Shown piece by piece: positions 1-10,355 of a stretch of 64,000 bases of DNA. The DNA is from Bacteroidia bacterium (lineage in GTDB: Bacteria > Bacteroidota > Bacteroidia > AKYH767-A > OLB10). A program made the position numbers and the translations under genes. The notes beneath the pieces are model-generated. The model did no database searches and was not told where the DNA came from. It worked only from the letters and a program-made list of their open reading frames with translations. The stretch spans positions 6,261 to 70,260 of the forward strand of contig JBBRAW010000002.1 in NCBI GenBank assembly GCA_038206385.1. Direction: 5' to 3'. The stretch's first letter is position 1; each line of letters starts with the position of its first letter.

Positions 1-165
1 AGTATAATTCGATAAATTTTCGACATCTCGTAAGTTCGCTAAATTTCCAGCGTACGTTAATTTATCAAGATTAAAAATATGATAATCAGGATAACATTTT
101 AAGAATCTCCTAACAACATGAGAACCGATAAATCCTGCTCCACCTGTGATTAATATATTTTTCAT
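1..165 (-). CDS. rfbB: dTDP-glucose 4,6-dehydratase, 5' part only (runs off window)
   Basis: Manual translation from ATG at 165: MKNILITGGAGFIGSHVVRRFLKCYPDYHIFNLDKLTYAGNL. GGAGFIG and DKLTYAGNL are RmlB/RfbB signatures. Confidence 0.9.
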   Translation of the reverse strand, partial: MKNILITGGAGFIGSHVVRRFLKCYPDYHIFNLDKLTYAGNLANLRDVENLSNYT

Positions 166-217
166 GTGATACTGTTTTTGATTCTTATGATAGCACGAAT
201 AAAATTGAATTTACGCG

Positions 218-1252
218 TTATACTGTTGCAATTTTTTTCGCTAATACTTGTTCCCAAGCCCAAGCAGAAGTAATCATATCTTCTAACGTTCGAATTGTTT
301 TCCAACCTAATTCTTTATTGGCATAAGAAGTGTCAGCATAAACTTTTTCAACATCACCAGCACGCCGATCTTGCAATTCATAGTTTACTTTTACTCCAGT
401 AATTTTTTCGAAAGCATGGATAATTTCAAGTACAGACAACCCTGTTCCTGTTCCTAAATTAAAGAGCTCATATTTATTTTTACTCTTTCCATTTAGCATT
501 CGCTCAATAGAAATAACATGCGCTACGGCAATATCAACAACATGAATATAATCACGAATACAACTACCATCAGGAGTATCGTAATCTGTTCCGTAAACAA
601 TCATCTTTTCGCGTTTACCAATTGCAGTTTGTGTAACTACAGGAAACAAATTTAACGGAGCACCAATAGCATATTCACCAATCATTGCAGATGGATGAGC
701 ACCTACAGGATTAAAATATCGAAGTGAAATAATATTGATGTCAATTACTTTACTGGTGTCGCGTAAAATATCTTCTCCAATCTTTTTAGTATTTGCATAC
801 GGACTTTGTGCAGGCTTCACCAATGCAAATTCATCAATTGGTAAATAATCAGGCTGACCGTAAACAGAACAGGAAGACGAAAAAACAAAGTTTTTAATTT
901 TATGATCTCGACATAATTCCAATAAATTAAGTAATGAAACTAAATTATTACGATAATATTCCAATGGTTTTTCTACACTTTCTCCAACAGCTTTATGAGC
1001 TGCAAAATGGATGATTGCATCAATAGCATGTACGCGAAGAAATTCGTTTACTGCTGATTTATTATTTAAATCAATGTTTGCATAAATGGGACGAACACCA
1101 GTAATTTTTTCTATTGAATCAATTACTTCAATATGTGAATTTGAAAGATTATCGATGATAAATACATCATAACCTTTTCCAATTAATTCAACAGCAGTGT
1201 GCGAACCAATGTACCCGGTACCACCAGTAACAAGAATTTTTTGCTTTGTCAT
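218..1252 (-). CDS. galE: UDP-glucose 4-epimerase
   Basis: GGTGYIGSH, HFAAHKAVGES, YxxxK (YANTK), LRYFNPVGAH and RDYIHVVD motifs. Confidence 0.95.
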   Translation of the reverse strand: MTKQKILVTGGTGYIGSHTAVELIGKGYDVFIIDNLSNSHIEVIDSIEKITGVRPIYANIDLNNKSAVNEFLRVHAIDAIIHFAAHKAVGESVEKPLEYYRNNLVSLLNLLELCRDHKIKNFVFSSSCSVYGQPDYLPIDEFALVKPAQSPYANTKKIGEDILRDTSKVIDINIISLRYFNPVGAHPSAMIGEYAIGAPLNLFPVVTQTAIGKREKMIVYGTDYDTPDGSCIRDYIHVVDIAVAHVISIERMLNGKSKNKYELFNLGTGTGLSVLEIIHAFEKITGVKVNYELQDRRAGDVEKVYADTSYANKELGWKTIRTLEDMITSAWAWEQVLAKKIATV

Positions 1253-1335
1253 TTTTTTTAATCTGATAAATAAATAAAATTAAATAGGGCCGGGTGGGGT
1301 AGGTTTATTTAATTCAAATTCTCAATTTTTTTTTC

Positions 1336-1434
1336 ATTAGCACAACTTGTTCCGTTGTTTAACGGAATTAGCACAACTTGTTCCGTTGTTTAACGGAATT
1401 GGCACAACTTGTTCCGTTGTTTAACGGAATTGGC
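1336..1434. repeat. 31-bp tandem repeat, 3 copies plus a partial, each with a perfect 7-bp hairpin
   Basis: ATT(A/G)GCACAACTTGTTCCGTTGTTTAACGGA at 1336, 1367 and 1398, partial at 1429. Internal inverted repeat TTCCGTT-GTTT-AACGGAA, using the first A of the next unit. Confidence 0.95.
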
Positions 1435-1440
1435 GTATTA

Positions 1441-2730
1441 TTACAGGCTCCAATAGGATAATTCTTTTATTTTACCTCTATAAATACCTTTAAGATCCAC
1501 AATAAGTGCAGGAAGTTTTACCATTTTTTTGAAGGCTGCTTCATCGATGGATTTATATTCCTTATGATTTACTGCAACAACGATAGCGTCATAATCTGTA
1601 GCCGCCGTCTTTGTTAATTCGAAACCATATTCTTCTTTTAAATCTTCACTTGAAGCTCTTGGATCTATCACTTCCACCGATACGCCATACGATTTGAATT
1701 CATTCACAACATCCGAAACTTTTGAATTACGAATATCTTCAACGTCTTCTTTAAAAGTAGCGCCCATCACTAACACTTTGCATTTACTTAAATCTTTTCC
1801 GAGTGCAATTAATTTTTTTACAGATTGTTTTGCAACATAAAATCCCATCGAATCATTTACATATCTGCCAGAGTTAATTACTTGCGAATGATAGCCTAAT
1901 TCTTGTGCTTTGTAAGTAAGATAATAGGGATCAACGCCTATACAATGACCCCCAACTAAACCGGGAAAGAATTTTAAAAAATTCCATTTTGTTCCTGCTG
2001 CTTCTAAAACTTCAAAAGTATTTATTCCCATTTTATTGAAGATGATCGATAGCTCGTTCATCAATGCAATATTTACATCACGCTGTGTGTTCTCAATAAT
2101 TTTTGCAGCTTCCGCTACTTTAATTCCTGATGCACGAAATACTCCAGCCTCAACAACTATCTCATACGTTTTAGCAATTACTTCAGATGATTCTTCATCA
2201 CAACCAGAAACAACTTTTGTGATTTTTGTTAACGTATGTTCTTTATCACCGGGATTAATTCTTTCAGGAGAATATCCAACTTTGAAATCTGTTTTAAATG
2301 TTAATCCTGATATTTCTTCGAGTACAGGAATACAATCTTCCTCCGTACATCCTGGATATACTGTTGATTCATACACTACATAATCTCCTTTCTTAAGTGC
2401 TTTCCCGATTGATTTGGTAGCACCAAGTAATGGTTTAAGATCAGGAAGTTTGTGCTCATCAATAGGAGTAGGCACTGCTACAATAAAAAAGTTTGCGTTA
2501 CGTAAAACATCGATAGAGTCGGTGAATTCAATGTCACATCCTTCAAATGCAGTAGTGTCAAGTTCTCCACTAGGATCTATGTTATTACGCATCATCTCAA
2601 CTCTTGCTGAGTTAATATCAAATCCTATTACTGATACTTTTTTAGCGAATTCTAATGCAATTGGAAGACCAACGTATCCGAGGCCTATTACTGCAAGTTT
2701 CTTTTTTTTGTTAACGAGATCGTTATACAT
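1441..2730 (-). CDS. UDP-N-acetylhexosamine 6-dehydrogenase (WbpA/WbpO/TviB family)
   Basis: GLGYVGLP, ESTVYPG, SPERINPG and GGHCIGVDP motifs. Confidence 0.9.
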   Translation of the reverse strand: MYNDLVNKKKKLAVIGLGYVGLPIALEFAKKVSVIGFDINSARVEMMRNNIDPSGELDTTAFEGCDIEFTDSIDVLRNANFFIVAVPTPIDEHKLPDLKPLLGATKSIGKALKKGDYVVYESTVYPGCTEEDCIPVLEEISGLTFKTDFKVGYSPERINPGDKEHTLTKITKVVSGCDEESSEVIAKTYEIVVEAGVFRASGIKVAEAAKIIENTQRDVNIALMNELSIIFNKMGINTFEVLEAAGTKWNFLKFFPGLVGGHCIGVDPYYLTYKAQELGYHSQVINSGRYVNDSMGFYVAKQSVKKLIALGKDLSKCKVLVMGATFKEDVEDIRNSKVSDVVNEFKSYGVSVEVIDPRASSEDLKEEYGFELTKTAATDYDAIVVAVNHKEYKSIDEAAFKKMVKLPALIVDLKGIYRGKIKELSYWSL

Positions 2731-3784
2731 TGCGAAAGCGTATTTCCGGTTTATTTAATTTGCGAAGCGAGTAAATGCGTTCTATTATATCAACTACTTT
2801 CAATCCTTCGAGGGCGTTAGTAGTCATTGTTGTTCTTTCTTTTAGTGAATCAATTACATTTTCGATAATGAAATGATGATTCGCTGCTGATCCTTTATAA
2901 TGACCGTAATCATTTGCAGGATTTACAGGGGCTAATACAGGCATTTGGTAATCTTTAATATTACAATAATCTACTTCATTCATGTATTGACCACCAATTT
3001 TCAGGCTGCCATTTTTTCCTATAACTGTGATACTGCTTTCTAAATTACTTCCCCATACCGATGTAGAATAATTTAATGATCCCATTCCTCCATTAACAAA
3101 TTTAAAATTTACAAATCCTGAATCTTCAAAAGCAGTTAACTGTTGATGATTAAAATCTGCAAACATTCCTTGTATGTCGGAAATATCACCAAATACCCAA
3201 TACATGATATCTATAAAGTGAGAAAACTGTGTAAATAAAGTTCCACCATCAAGATCAGAACTTCCTTTCCACAATCCTTTTTGATAATAGCGTTCATCGC
3301 GATTCCAATAACAATTTAGTTGAACCATAAAAATATCGCCAATAATATTTTTATCTACTACTTCTTTCAACCACTCTGAAGGTGGTGAATATCGATTTTG
3401 CATCACGCCAAAAACTTGTCGTGAAACTTGTAATGCTTTATAAATAATTTTTTCGCAATCTGCTTTTGTAATAGCCATTGGCTTTTCACAAACTACATGA
3501 AGTTGCTTTGATAATGCTTTTAAAGAATGTTCAGCATGCAGTCCATTTGGAGTACAAACACAAACAACATCAATACCCGCAACGCTATCAAGCATCTCAT
3601 CAATTGAATTGAAAAATGGAATAGAACTATAACCGTTTAAATTTATTTCTTCTCTATCTCGAATATCACACAGTGCTATTAATTCGGCTTCAGGATGACG
3701 GTGTATCATCTCCGTATGACGAAGTCCGATATGCCCGCATCCAACAATGGCGAAACGAATTTTACGATTATCGTACTTTGTCAT
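2723..3784 (-). CDS. wbpB: Gfo/Idh/MocA oxidoreductase, WbpB/WlbA-like
   Basis: GCGHIG, CTPNGLH, CEKPMA and GGTLFTQFSHFID. Sits next to wbpD-like and wbpA/O-like genes; 8-bp overlap with the downstream gene. Confidence 0.8.
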   Translation of the reverse strand: MTKYDNRKIRFAIVGCGHIGLRHTEMIHRHPEAELIALCDIRDREEINLNGYSSIPFFNSIDEMLDSVAGIDVVCVCTPNGLHAEHSLKALSKQLHVVCEKPMAITKADCEKIIYKALQVSRQVFGVMQNRYSPPSEWLKEVVDKNIIGDIFMVQLNCYWNRDERYYQKGLWKGSSDLDGGTLFTQFSHFIDIMYWVFGDISDIQGMFADFNHQQLTAFEDSGFVNFKFVNGGMGSLNYSTSVWGSNLESSITVIGKNGSLKIGGQYMNEVDYCNIKDYQMPVLAPVNPANDYGHYKGSAANHHFIIENVIDSLKERTTMTTNALEGLKVVDIIERIYSLRKLNKPEIRFRNV

Positions 3785-3787
3785 AAA

Positions 3788-4360
3788 TTAAGCAATCTTT
3801 CTTACTATATTATTTTTCAACTGATACTTTTCTTTACTCTCATCGCATACAGCAAAACCTTCATTATCGAAGTTAAGCTTGTACCCATATTCACTCATCC
3901 ATCCTCTTTGACGAGCAGGGTTGCCAATCACTAATGCGTAATCAGGTACTTCTTTTGTAACAACAGCACCAGCACCTATAAACGCAAATTTTCCAATAGG
4001 GTTTCCACAAACTATCGTTGCATTAGCGCCAATAGTTGCACCTCTTTTTACAATTGTTTTTAAATAAGCATCCTTACGACTAATAGCGCTTCTCGGATTG
4101 AAAACATTCGTGAATACAATGCTAGGGCCAAGAAAAACATCGTCTTCACACGTTACTCCTGTATAAATAGAAACATTATTTTGAACCTTAACATTATTAC
4201 CTAAAATAACATCTGGTGACACTACAACATTTTGTCCGATATTGCAGTTTTCACCAATAATACAATGTGACATGATATGCGAAAAATGCCATATTTTAGT
4301 TCCTTTGCCAATAACACAACCTTCGTCGATGATAGCGCTTGGATGTGCGTTATATTCCAT
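3788..4360 (-). CDS. wbpD: Hexapeptide-repeat N-acetyltransferase, WbpD-like
   Basis: [21 protein letters not shown] and FTNVFNPRS are typical of WbpD/WlbB. Confidence 0.85.
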   Translation of the reverse strand: MEYNAHPSAIIDEGCVIGKGTKIWHFSHIMSHCIIGENCNIGQNVVVSPDVILGNNVKVQNNVSIYTGVTCEDDVFLGPSIVFTNVFNPRSAISRKDAYLKTIVKRGATIGANATIVCGNPIGKFAFIGAGAVVTKEVPDYALVIGNPARQRGWMSEYGYKLNFDNEGFAVCDESKEKYQLKNNIVRKIA

Positions 4361-4456
4361 TTAAATTATAATTCAATTTTGTTTTTACAATTTTTTTAAC
4401 ACTTCATTCACTAAGAATTAAATTTAGGAAGAGGTATAATTGTTAAACAATTTATA

Positions 4457-5431
4457 TTAATCAAATCTGTGTGCTGTGCGATACAAATCTTCTTGAGGAA
4501 GACTTTTGAAATATGCGTAAGTCAATTTCAATCCCTCTTCACGATTTATTTTTGGTTCCCAATTGAGAATTTCTTGTGCACGTGAAATATCAGGTTTGCG
4601 TTGCTTTGGATCATCTTGAGGCAATGACTTATAAATCAATTTTTGCTTTGTTCCTGTAAGCTTAATAATTTCTTCGCCAAATTGAGCGATAGTGATTTCA
4701 GCAGGATTGCCAACATTTACAGGATAAACATAATCGCTTTTTAACAAACGATAAATGCCTTCCACTAAATCATCAACATAGCAAAAAGATCTCGTTTGAC
4801 TACCATCACCAAAAACAGTTAAGTCTTCACCACGTAATGCTTGTCCAATGAATGCAGGTAATACACGTCCATCATTTAGTCGCATACGAGGACCATACGT
4901 ATTAAAGATACGAATGATTCTTGTTTCTAAACCATGATACGTATGATACGCCATTGTGATAGCTTCTTGGAATCGCTTTGCTTCATCATACACACCTCGT
5001 GGACCGATAGGATTTACATTTCCCCAATACTCTTCCGTTTGCGGATGAACAGTTGGGTCACCATAAACTTCGCTCGTTGATGCTACAAGAATTCGTGCTT
5101 TTTTTACACGTGCAAATCCTAATAAGTTATGTGTTCCTAATGAACCTACTTTTAATGTTTGAATAGGTATTTTTAAATAATCTATCGGACTTGCCGGAGA
5201 TGCGAAATGTAAAATATAGTCAATCGGACCTGGTACATGAACGAACTTACTTACATCATGATTATAAAATTCAAACTCTTTAAGTTTAAATAAGTGTTCG
5301 ATATTTCGAAGATCTCCTGTAATCAGGTTATCCATACCAACAACATCATAACCTTCTTTAATAAATCGATCACATAGATGTGAGCCAAGAAATCCGGCTG
5401 CACCGGTGATAAGTACGCGCTTATTCGCCAT
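4457..5431 (-). CDS. UDP-glucuronate decarboxylase (UDP-xylose synthase)
   Basis: [31 protein letters not shown] and [10 protein letters not shown]. Confidence 0.92.
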   Translation of the reverse strand: MANKRVLITGAAGFLGSHLCDRFIKEGYDVVGMDNLITGDLRNIEHLFKLKEFEFYNHDVSKFVHVPGPIDYILHFASPASPIDYLKIPIQTLKVGSLGTHNLLGFARVKKARILVASTSEVYGDPTVHPQTEEYWGNVNPIGPRGVYDEAKRFQEAITMAYHTYHGLETRIIRIFNTYGPRMRLNDGRVLPAFIGQALRGEDLTVFGDGSQTRSFCYVDDLVEGIYRLLKSDYVYPVNVGNPAEITIAQFGEEIIKLTGTKQKLIYKSLPQDDPKQRKPDISRAQEILNWEPKINREEGLKLTYAYFKSLPQEDLYRTAHRFD

Positions 5432-5443
5432 AAGTATTTTTAA

Positions 5444-6775
5444 TTAAGAGAACGCTGGAATTTGTGGAGAAACCACTTCACGACCCATGCTATTATAATA
5501 GAAGCCCATCTCTGACATTCTTTGCAGATCATATAAATTACGACCATCAAATATCACTTTTCCTTTCATTAAATTTTTCATACGCTCAAAATCAGGAGTA
5601 CGGAATAATGCCCATTCAGTAGCTATCAATAACGCATCCGCATCTTGTAAAGTATCGTAAGGATCATTAGCATAATGGATCACTTCACCCATTGTTTTTT
5701 TCACATTCTCCATAGCCTCTGGATCAAATGCACTAATAGAAGCTCCCGCAGCAATTAATTCTTTAATAATATGTAAAGCTGGCGACTCACGAATATCATC
5801 AGTATCTGGTTTAAATGCTAATCCCCATACTGCGAATTTTTTTCCTTCTAAATTCCCATCAAAATAGGAACGTAATTTATCAACGATAACAGTTTTCTGA
5901 CGATCATTAACTTGCATCACTGAATTTAATAATTTGAAATCATAGTTGTATTCAGTAGATGTTCTGTAAAGTGCTTGTACATCTTTAGGAAAACAACTTC
6001 CGCCATATCCAATTCCAGCAAAAAGAAAACGCTTACCAATGCGAGAATCAGATCCAATACCGATACGAATTGCATCAACGTTGGCACCAACTTTTTCACA
6101 AAGATTTGATATCTCATTCATGAAAGTAATCTTTGTTGCAAGAAACGCATTTGCTGCATATTTTGTTAACTCTGACGAACGTTCATCCATAAAATAAATA
6201 GGATTTCCCTGACGAACAAACGGAGCATAAAGATCACTCAAAATCTTCTTTGCTTTTTCTGAACGTGTACCAATAACAACACGATCTGGCTTCATGAAAT
6301 CATCAACAGCAAAACCTTCACGTAAAAATTCTGGATTAGAAACTACATCATAATGAACGCTACAACTTTTTGAAATTGCTTCACGAACTTTTTCGGCAGT
6401 ACCCACAGGAACTGTACTTTTATTGATAACGATTTTGTATTCTTTAATAAGCTTTCCTAACTGATTTGATACACCTAAAATGTAGGATAAATCAGCGGAA
6501 CCATCTTCGCCTGGAGGTGTTGGAAGAGCAAGAAAAATTATTTGCGCATCTGCAATTGCTTCTTCTAAATTAGTAGTAAATTGAAGACGACCTTGCTTGA
6601 TATTACGTTCGAATAAAACATCAAGATGTGGTTCGTAAATTGGAATTTTTCCATCACGCATTCTTTCAACTTTATTAGCATCAATATCAACGCAAGTAAC
6701 ATGATTTCCCATTTCTGCGAAACATGTTCCAGTTACTAAGCCTACATATCCGGTACCTACAACTGCAATATTCAT
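5444..6775 (-). CDS. ugd: UDP-glucose 6-dehydrogenase
   Basis: GTGYVGL, KSTVPVGT, SNPEFLREG and GYGGSCFPKD. Confidence 0.93.
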   Translation of the reverse strand: MNIAVVGTGYVGLVTGTCFAEMGNHVTCVDIDANKVERMRDGKIPIYEPHLDVLFERNIKQGRLQFTTNLEEAIADAQIIFLALPTPPGEDGSADLSYILGVSNQLGKLIKEYKIVINKSTVPVGTAEKVREAISKSCSVHYDVVSNPEFLREGFAVDDFMKPDRVVIGTRSEKAKKILSDLYAPFVRQGNPIYFMDERSSELTKYAANAFLATKITFMNEISNLCEKVGANVDAIRIGIGSDSRIGKRFLFAGIGYGGSCFPKDVQALYRTSTEYNYDFKLLNSVMQVNDRQKTVIVDKLRSYFDGNLEGKKFAVWGLAFKPDTDDIRESPALHIIKELIAAGASISAFDPEAMENVKKTMGEVIHYANDPYDTLQDADALLIATEWALFRTPDFERMKNLMKGKVIFDGRNLYDLQRMSEMGFYYNSMGREVVSPQIPAFS

Positions 6776-6846
6776 AGTGATTGAATTTTATTAGTTCTTT
6801 ATGGATGATTTATACTAATTCCACAAAGTAATGTTTCATAGATTAC

Positions 6847-7986
6847 TTATTTGTTAACGAACTCAAGTACCGAAGAAGTGATGTGTTGTAAATCGTCTGT
6901 TGTCAACTCTGTATGCATTGGTAAAGAAAGTACATGATTACACAATTGCTCTGTAACAGGGAAGTCGCCATGTTTGTAACGCGGATCTGAATATGCTTTC
7001 TGCATGTGTAATGGAATTGGATAATAAATCATGGATGGAATTCCTTTCGTCTCAAGAAATTCACGCATTGCAGTACGACTTACACCATTTAATACTAAAG
7101 TATATTGATGATAAACGTGCGTTGTATTTTCCCACTTCGCTGGAGTTTTTAATCTTGGATTGTTATCAAAAGCTTTATTATAAAATGCCGCAGCGAACTG
7201 ACGAGCCTCACAATAATTATCCAGCTTACGTAACTTAACACGTAATATCGCAGCTTGAATACTATCCAAACGAGAGTTTACACCAATTTCACCATGATGA
7301 TACAATTCTGTTTGACCATGATTTGCTATCACACGAATTTTAGCTGCGATCACGTCATCATTAGTAAAGATAGCACCGCCATCACCCATACAGCCCAAAT
7401 TTTTTGAAGGAAAGAACGACGTAGTCCCAATAGTCCCGATAGTTCCAGCTTTATGAGTAAGACCATTTGCCATAGTGTATTCTGCACCAATTGCCTGAGC
7501 AGTATCTTCAATCACATATAAATTATGAGCGTTTGCAATTTCCATTATTCGTTGCATGTTCGCACACTGTCCGAATAGATGAACAGGAACAATAGCAACT
7601 GTACGAGGTGTTATGGCACGCTCTAATGCATCACAATCAATAGTAAATGTTTCAGGATCAACATCTACAAGCACCGGTTTTAATTTTAATAAAGCTATCA
7701 CTTCCGCAGTAGCTACATAAGTGAAACTTGCAGTAATAATTTCATCCCCAGGCTTAAAATTGAGTGCCATCATCGCAATTTGAAGCGCATCAGTACCATT
7801 TGCACAAGGAATTACATGCTTCACATCGAGGTATTCTTCGAGCTCTTTGGCGAAAGCTTTTACTTCAGGGCCATTAATATAAGCCGAAGAATGAACCACA
7901 CTCATAATTGCAGAATCTACTTCTTCTTGAATTTTTTTGTATTGGCCGATAAGGTCGACCATAGCCATTTTTTTTAGCGTTTCCAT
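6847..7986 (-). CDS. DegT/DnrJ/EryC1/StrS PLP aminotransferase, WbpE-like
   Basis: ANGTDAL, PVHLFGQ, IEDTAQ, SFFPSKNLGCMGDGG and NSRLDSIQAA. Confidence 0.9.
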   Translation of the reverse strand: METLKKMAMVDLIGQYKKIQEEVDSAIMSVVHSSAYINGPEVKAFAKELEEYLDVKHVIPCANGTDALQIAMMALNFKPGDEIITASFTYVATAEVIALLKLKPVLVDVDPETFTIDCDALERAITPRTVAIVPVHLFGQCANMQRIMEIANAHNLYVIEDTAQAIGAEYTMANGLTHKAGTIGTIGTTSFFPSKNLGCMGDGGAIFTNDDVIAAKIRVIANHGQTELYHHGEIGVNSRLDSIQAAILRVKLRKLDNYCEARQFAAAFYNKAFDNNPRLKTPAKWENTTHVYHQYTLVLNGVSRTAMREFLETKGIPSMIYYPIPLHMQKAYSDPRYKHGDFPVTEQLCNHVLSLPMHTELTTDDLQHITSSVLEFVNK

Positions 7987-8127
7987 AGGATATACAAGGT
8001 TTCAAAATTACATTTCAGAGGGAGAATTGCAATTTTGATCGTTTTTTTTAATTGTTAGGGCGAAGATACATTTTTTTCTACGTTTGCTATTAGTTGTTAT
8101 ACTCTGTAAATTACCTATTTTAGCAAC

Positions 8128-8895
8128 GTGCAGAAACACTTAAAATTATACCTGCTGCTGGTAATCGGCATGCTTTCAGGATCTCAAATAGCGAATGCTC
8201 AATACAGTATTCGTGACTCCTCACTAAACATGGTTTTGTTCGCTCCATCCTATGGATATCAAATTCCTGCTGGTGATATGGCCAAACGTTTTGGTGCAAA
8301 TTCATCTGTCGGATTAACAGTAACTGTTAAGAGAAGGTCGAATTGGATGATTGTTGGCGATGGTTATTTCTTTTTTGGAAATAGATTTAATGAGCCAGAT
8401 TTATTTAATGGAATCGCCACCACTCAAGGATTCGTGATTGGTTCATCAGGATATTATGGCAATATATTAATCGCGGAACGCGGTTATTATTTAACGCTTT
8501 CTGTTGGAAAATTATTCCCAATGAAAAAGCCTAATCCTAATTGTGGATTTTATGTTCAAGCTGGGGCAGGATTTATTCAACATAAAATTAGTATTAAAGA
8601 TAAACTCGGAACAGTTCCATCTCTTCAAGGTGATTACGTTAAAGGATACGATCATTTAACAAATGGATTAGCTATTAGAGAATTCGCAGGTTATCTCTAT
8701 ACAGGAACAAGTCGATTGGTGAATTTCTTCGGAGGTATTGAAGCAGTACAGGGGTTTACACAAAGTCGGCGTGACTATAACTTTAATACAAAAGGGCCAG
8801 ATACAAAGAAACGATTAGATTTACTCTTTGGATTACGTTTTGGTTGGATCTTGCCAATTTACAAACAAGCACCCGATAAATTTTACACGTATTAG
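8128..8895 (+). CDS. Hypothetical outer-membrane beta-barrel protein
   Basis: GTG start, signal peptide ending ANA-Q, alternating Gly/aromatic beta-strand pattern; 3 bp from waaA. Confidence 0.65.
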   Translation: MQKHLKLYLLLVIGMLSGSQIANAQYSIRDSSLNMVLFAPSYGYQIPAGDMAKRFGANSSVGLTVTVKRRSNWMIVGDGYFFFGNRFNEPDLFNGIATTQGFVIGSSGYYGNILIAERGYYLTLSVGKLFPMKKPNPNCGFYVQAGAGFIQHKISIKDKLGTVPSLQGDYVKGYDHLTNGLAIREFAGYLYTGTSRLVNFFGGIEAVQGFTQSRRDYNFNTKGPDTKKRLDLLFGLRFGWILPIYKQAPDKFYTY

Positions 8896-8898
8896 CAG

Positions 8899-10149
8899 AT
8901 GTGGATACTCTACCTTTTAGGCGTAAGAGCTTATGGTTTTGCAATTCGAGTAGCTACATTATTTAATCCTAAAGCAAAGGAGTGGATAGTAGGTCGCCGG
9001 GATTGGCAAAGCAATTTATCTGAAAAATTTACAGACAAACAAGAAAAGCGAATTTGGTTTCATTGCTCTTCCCTTGGTGAGTTTGAACAAGGTCGCCCTG
9101 TATTAGAAGCAATAAAAAAAGAATATCCAAACCATAAAATCGTTCTTACTTTTTTTTCTCCTAGTGGATACAATGTAAAAAAGAATGATCCTATCGCTGA
9201 TTACGTTTCTTATTTGCCGTTGGATGGGCCTATTCGAAGTAAAAAATTCCTCGACTTAGTAAATCCTGAATTAGCATTTTTTGTAAAGTATGAATTTTGG
9301 TATTTCTATGGAAAAAAATTACAAGAACGAAAAATTCCTTACTTCTGTGTCTCTGCAATCTTTCGCCCCGGACAAATATTTTTTCATTCAATGGGAAATT
9401 TCTTTCGCAAAATATTATTGCGATTTACACATCTCTTTGTTCAAGATCAAGAATCATTACAGCTATTATACAAAGAAAGAATAACAAATGTAACAGTAAG
9501 CGGTGATACACGATTTGACAGAGTGTTTGCAAATAGTTTACAACAATGTTCATTGCCAGAAGTAGAAAAATTTTGTGCGAATAAGCAGATAATGGTTTGT
9601 GGAAGTACATGGCCACTCGATGAGGATTTATTGATCTCATTCATCAATCAAAAACCAATAGGACTAAAATTTATTATTGCACCTCATGAAATAAATACTT
9701 CGCAATTACTGAAGTTGAAAAATGCCATCACTCAAAATGTTTGTTTTTATTCAGAGCTAAAAAATGGCGAAAGTGAAAATTGTGATGTGTTAGTAATCGA
9801 TAATGTTGGATTGCTTTCAAAACTTTATCAATTTGCAGATTATGCATATATAGGAGGAGGATTTAGTAAAGGTATTCATAATATTTTAGAAGCCGTTGTG
9901 TACGGCATTCCAGTTTTCTTCGGACCAAATTACGAGAAGTTTCGCGAAGCACGCGACCTTGTAAAACTAAAAGGAGCTTTTGAAGTTAACAACATTATAG
10001 AATTGCAAAGAATTTTTGATAGTTTGTCAAACGACACAAACAAACTGAAACAAATAGCAATTATCAATAAAAATTTTATCTCCGAACGTAAGGGCGGAAC
10101 AGAAGTTATCATGAGTTATTTACGATTAAATTATCCTCAAAAAAATTAA
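8899..10149 (+). CDS. waaA: 3-deoxy-D-manno-octulosonic acid (Kdo) transferase
   Basis: IWFHCSSLGE, TFFSPSG, YLPLD, GDTRFD and YIGGGF..GIHNILEA. Confidence 0.93.
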   Translation: MWILYLLGVRAYGFAIRVATLFNPKAKEWIVGRRDWQSNLSEKFTDKQEKRIWFHCSSLGEFEQGRPVLEAIKKEYPNHKIVLTFFSPSGYNVKKNDPIADYVSYLPLDGPIRSKKFLDLVNPELAFFVKYEFWYFYGKKLQERKIPYFCVSAIFRPGQIFFHSMGNFFRKILLRFTHLFVQDQESLQLLYKERITNVTVSGDTRFDRVFANSLQQCSLPEVEKFCANKQIMVCGSTWPLDEDLLISFINQKPIGLKFIIAPHEINTSQLLKLKNAITQNVCFYSELKNGESENCDVLVIDNVGLLSKLYQFADYAYIGGGFSKGIHNILEAVVYGIPVFFGPNYEKFREARDLVKLKGAFEVNNIIELQRIFDSLSNDTNKLKQIAIINKNFISERKGGTEVIMSYLRLNYPQKN

Positions 10150-10222
10150 TGAGCTTTATCAAGATATTTTTAATCCTGCAAATCATTTAATCCTGTAGTT
10201 CCTGTTTAATAAAAAGGACTAT

Positions 10223-10268
10223 AATTAATTCAGGCCTCCCTAAATCCCTCCGAAGGAGGGACTTTAAT
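10223..10268. repeat. REP-like GC-rich hairpin with conserved 5' flank
   Basis: TCCCTCC-GAA-GGAGGGA at 10245-10261. Flank AATTCAGGCCTCCCTAAAT (10227-10245) recurs exactly at 38257-38275 and nearly at 38292-38309. Confidence 0.75.
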
Positions 10269-10355
10269 GGAATGAATTTCCAGAATGTTATATTATCCGA
10301 TTCAAAAGACAACAAAAAAAATATTAAAATTTAAGCATAAACAATGAAAGAAGCG

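Noticed and set aside
1287-1303. G-quadruplex candidate GGGCCGGGTGGGGTAGG
   Set aside because: Only three runs of 3 or more G, on the strand opposite the mRNA; more likely a decayed REP fragment.
1336-1434. CRISPR array (31-bp palindromic repeats)
   Set aside because: Units are contiguous with no spacers, and there are no cas genes in the window.
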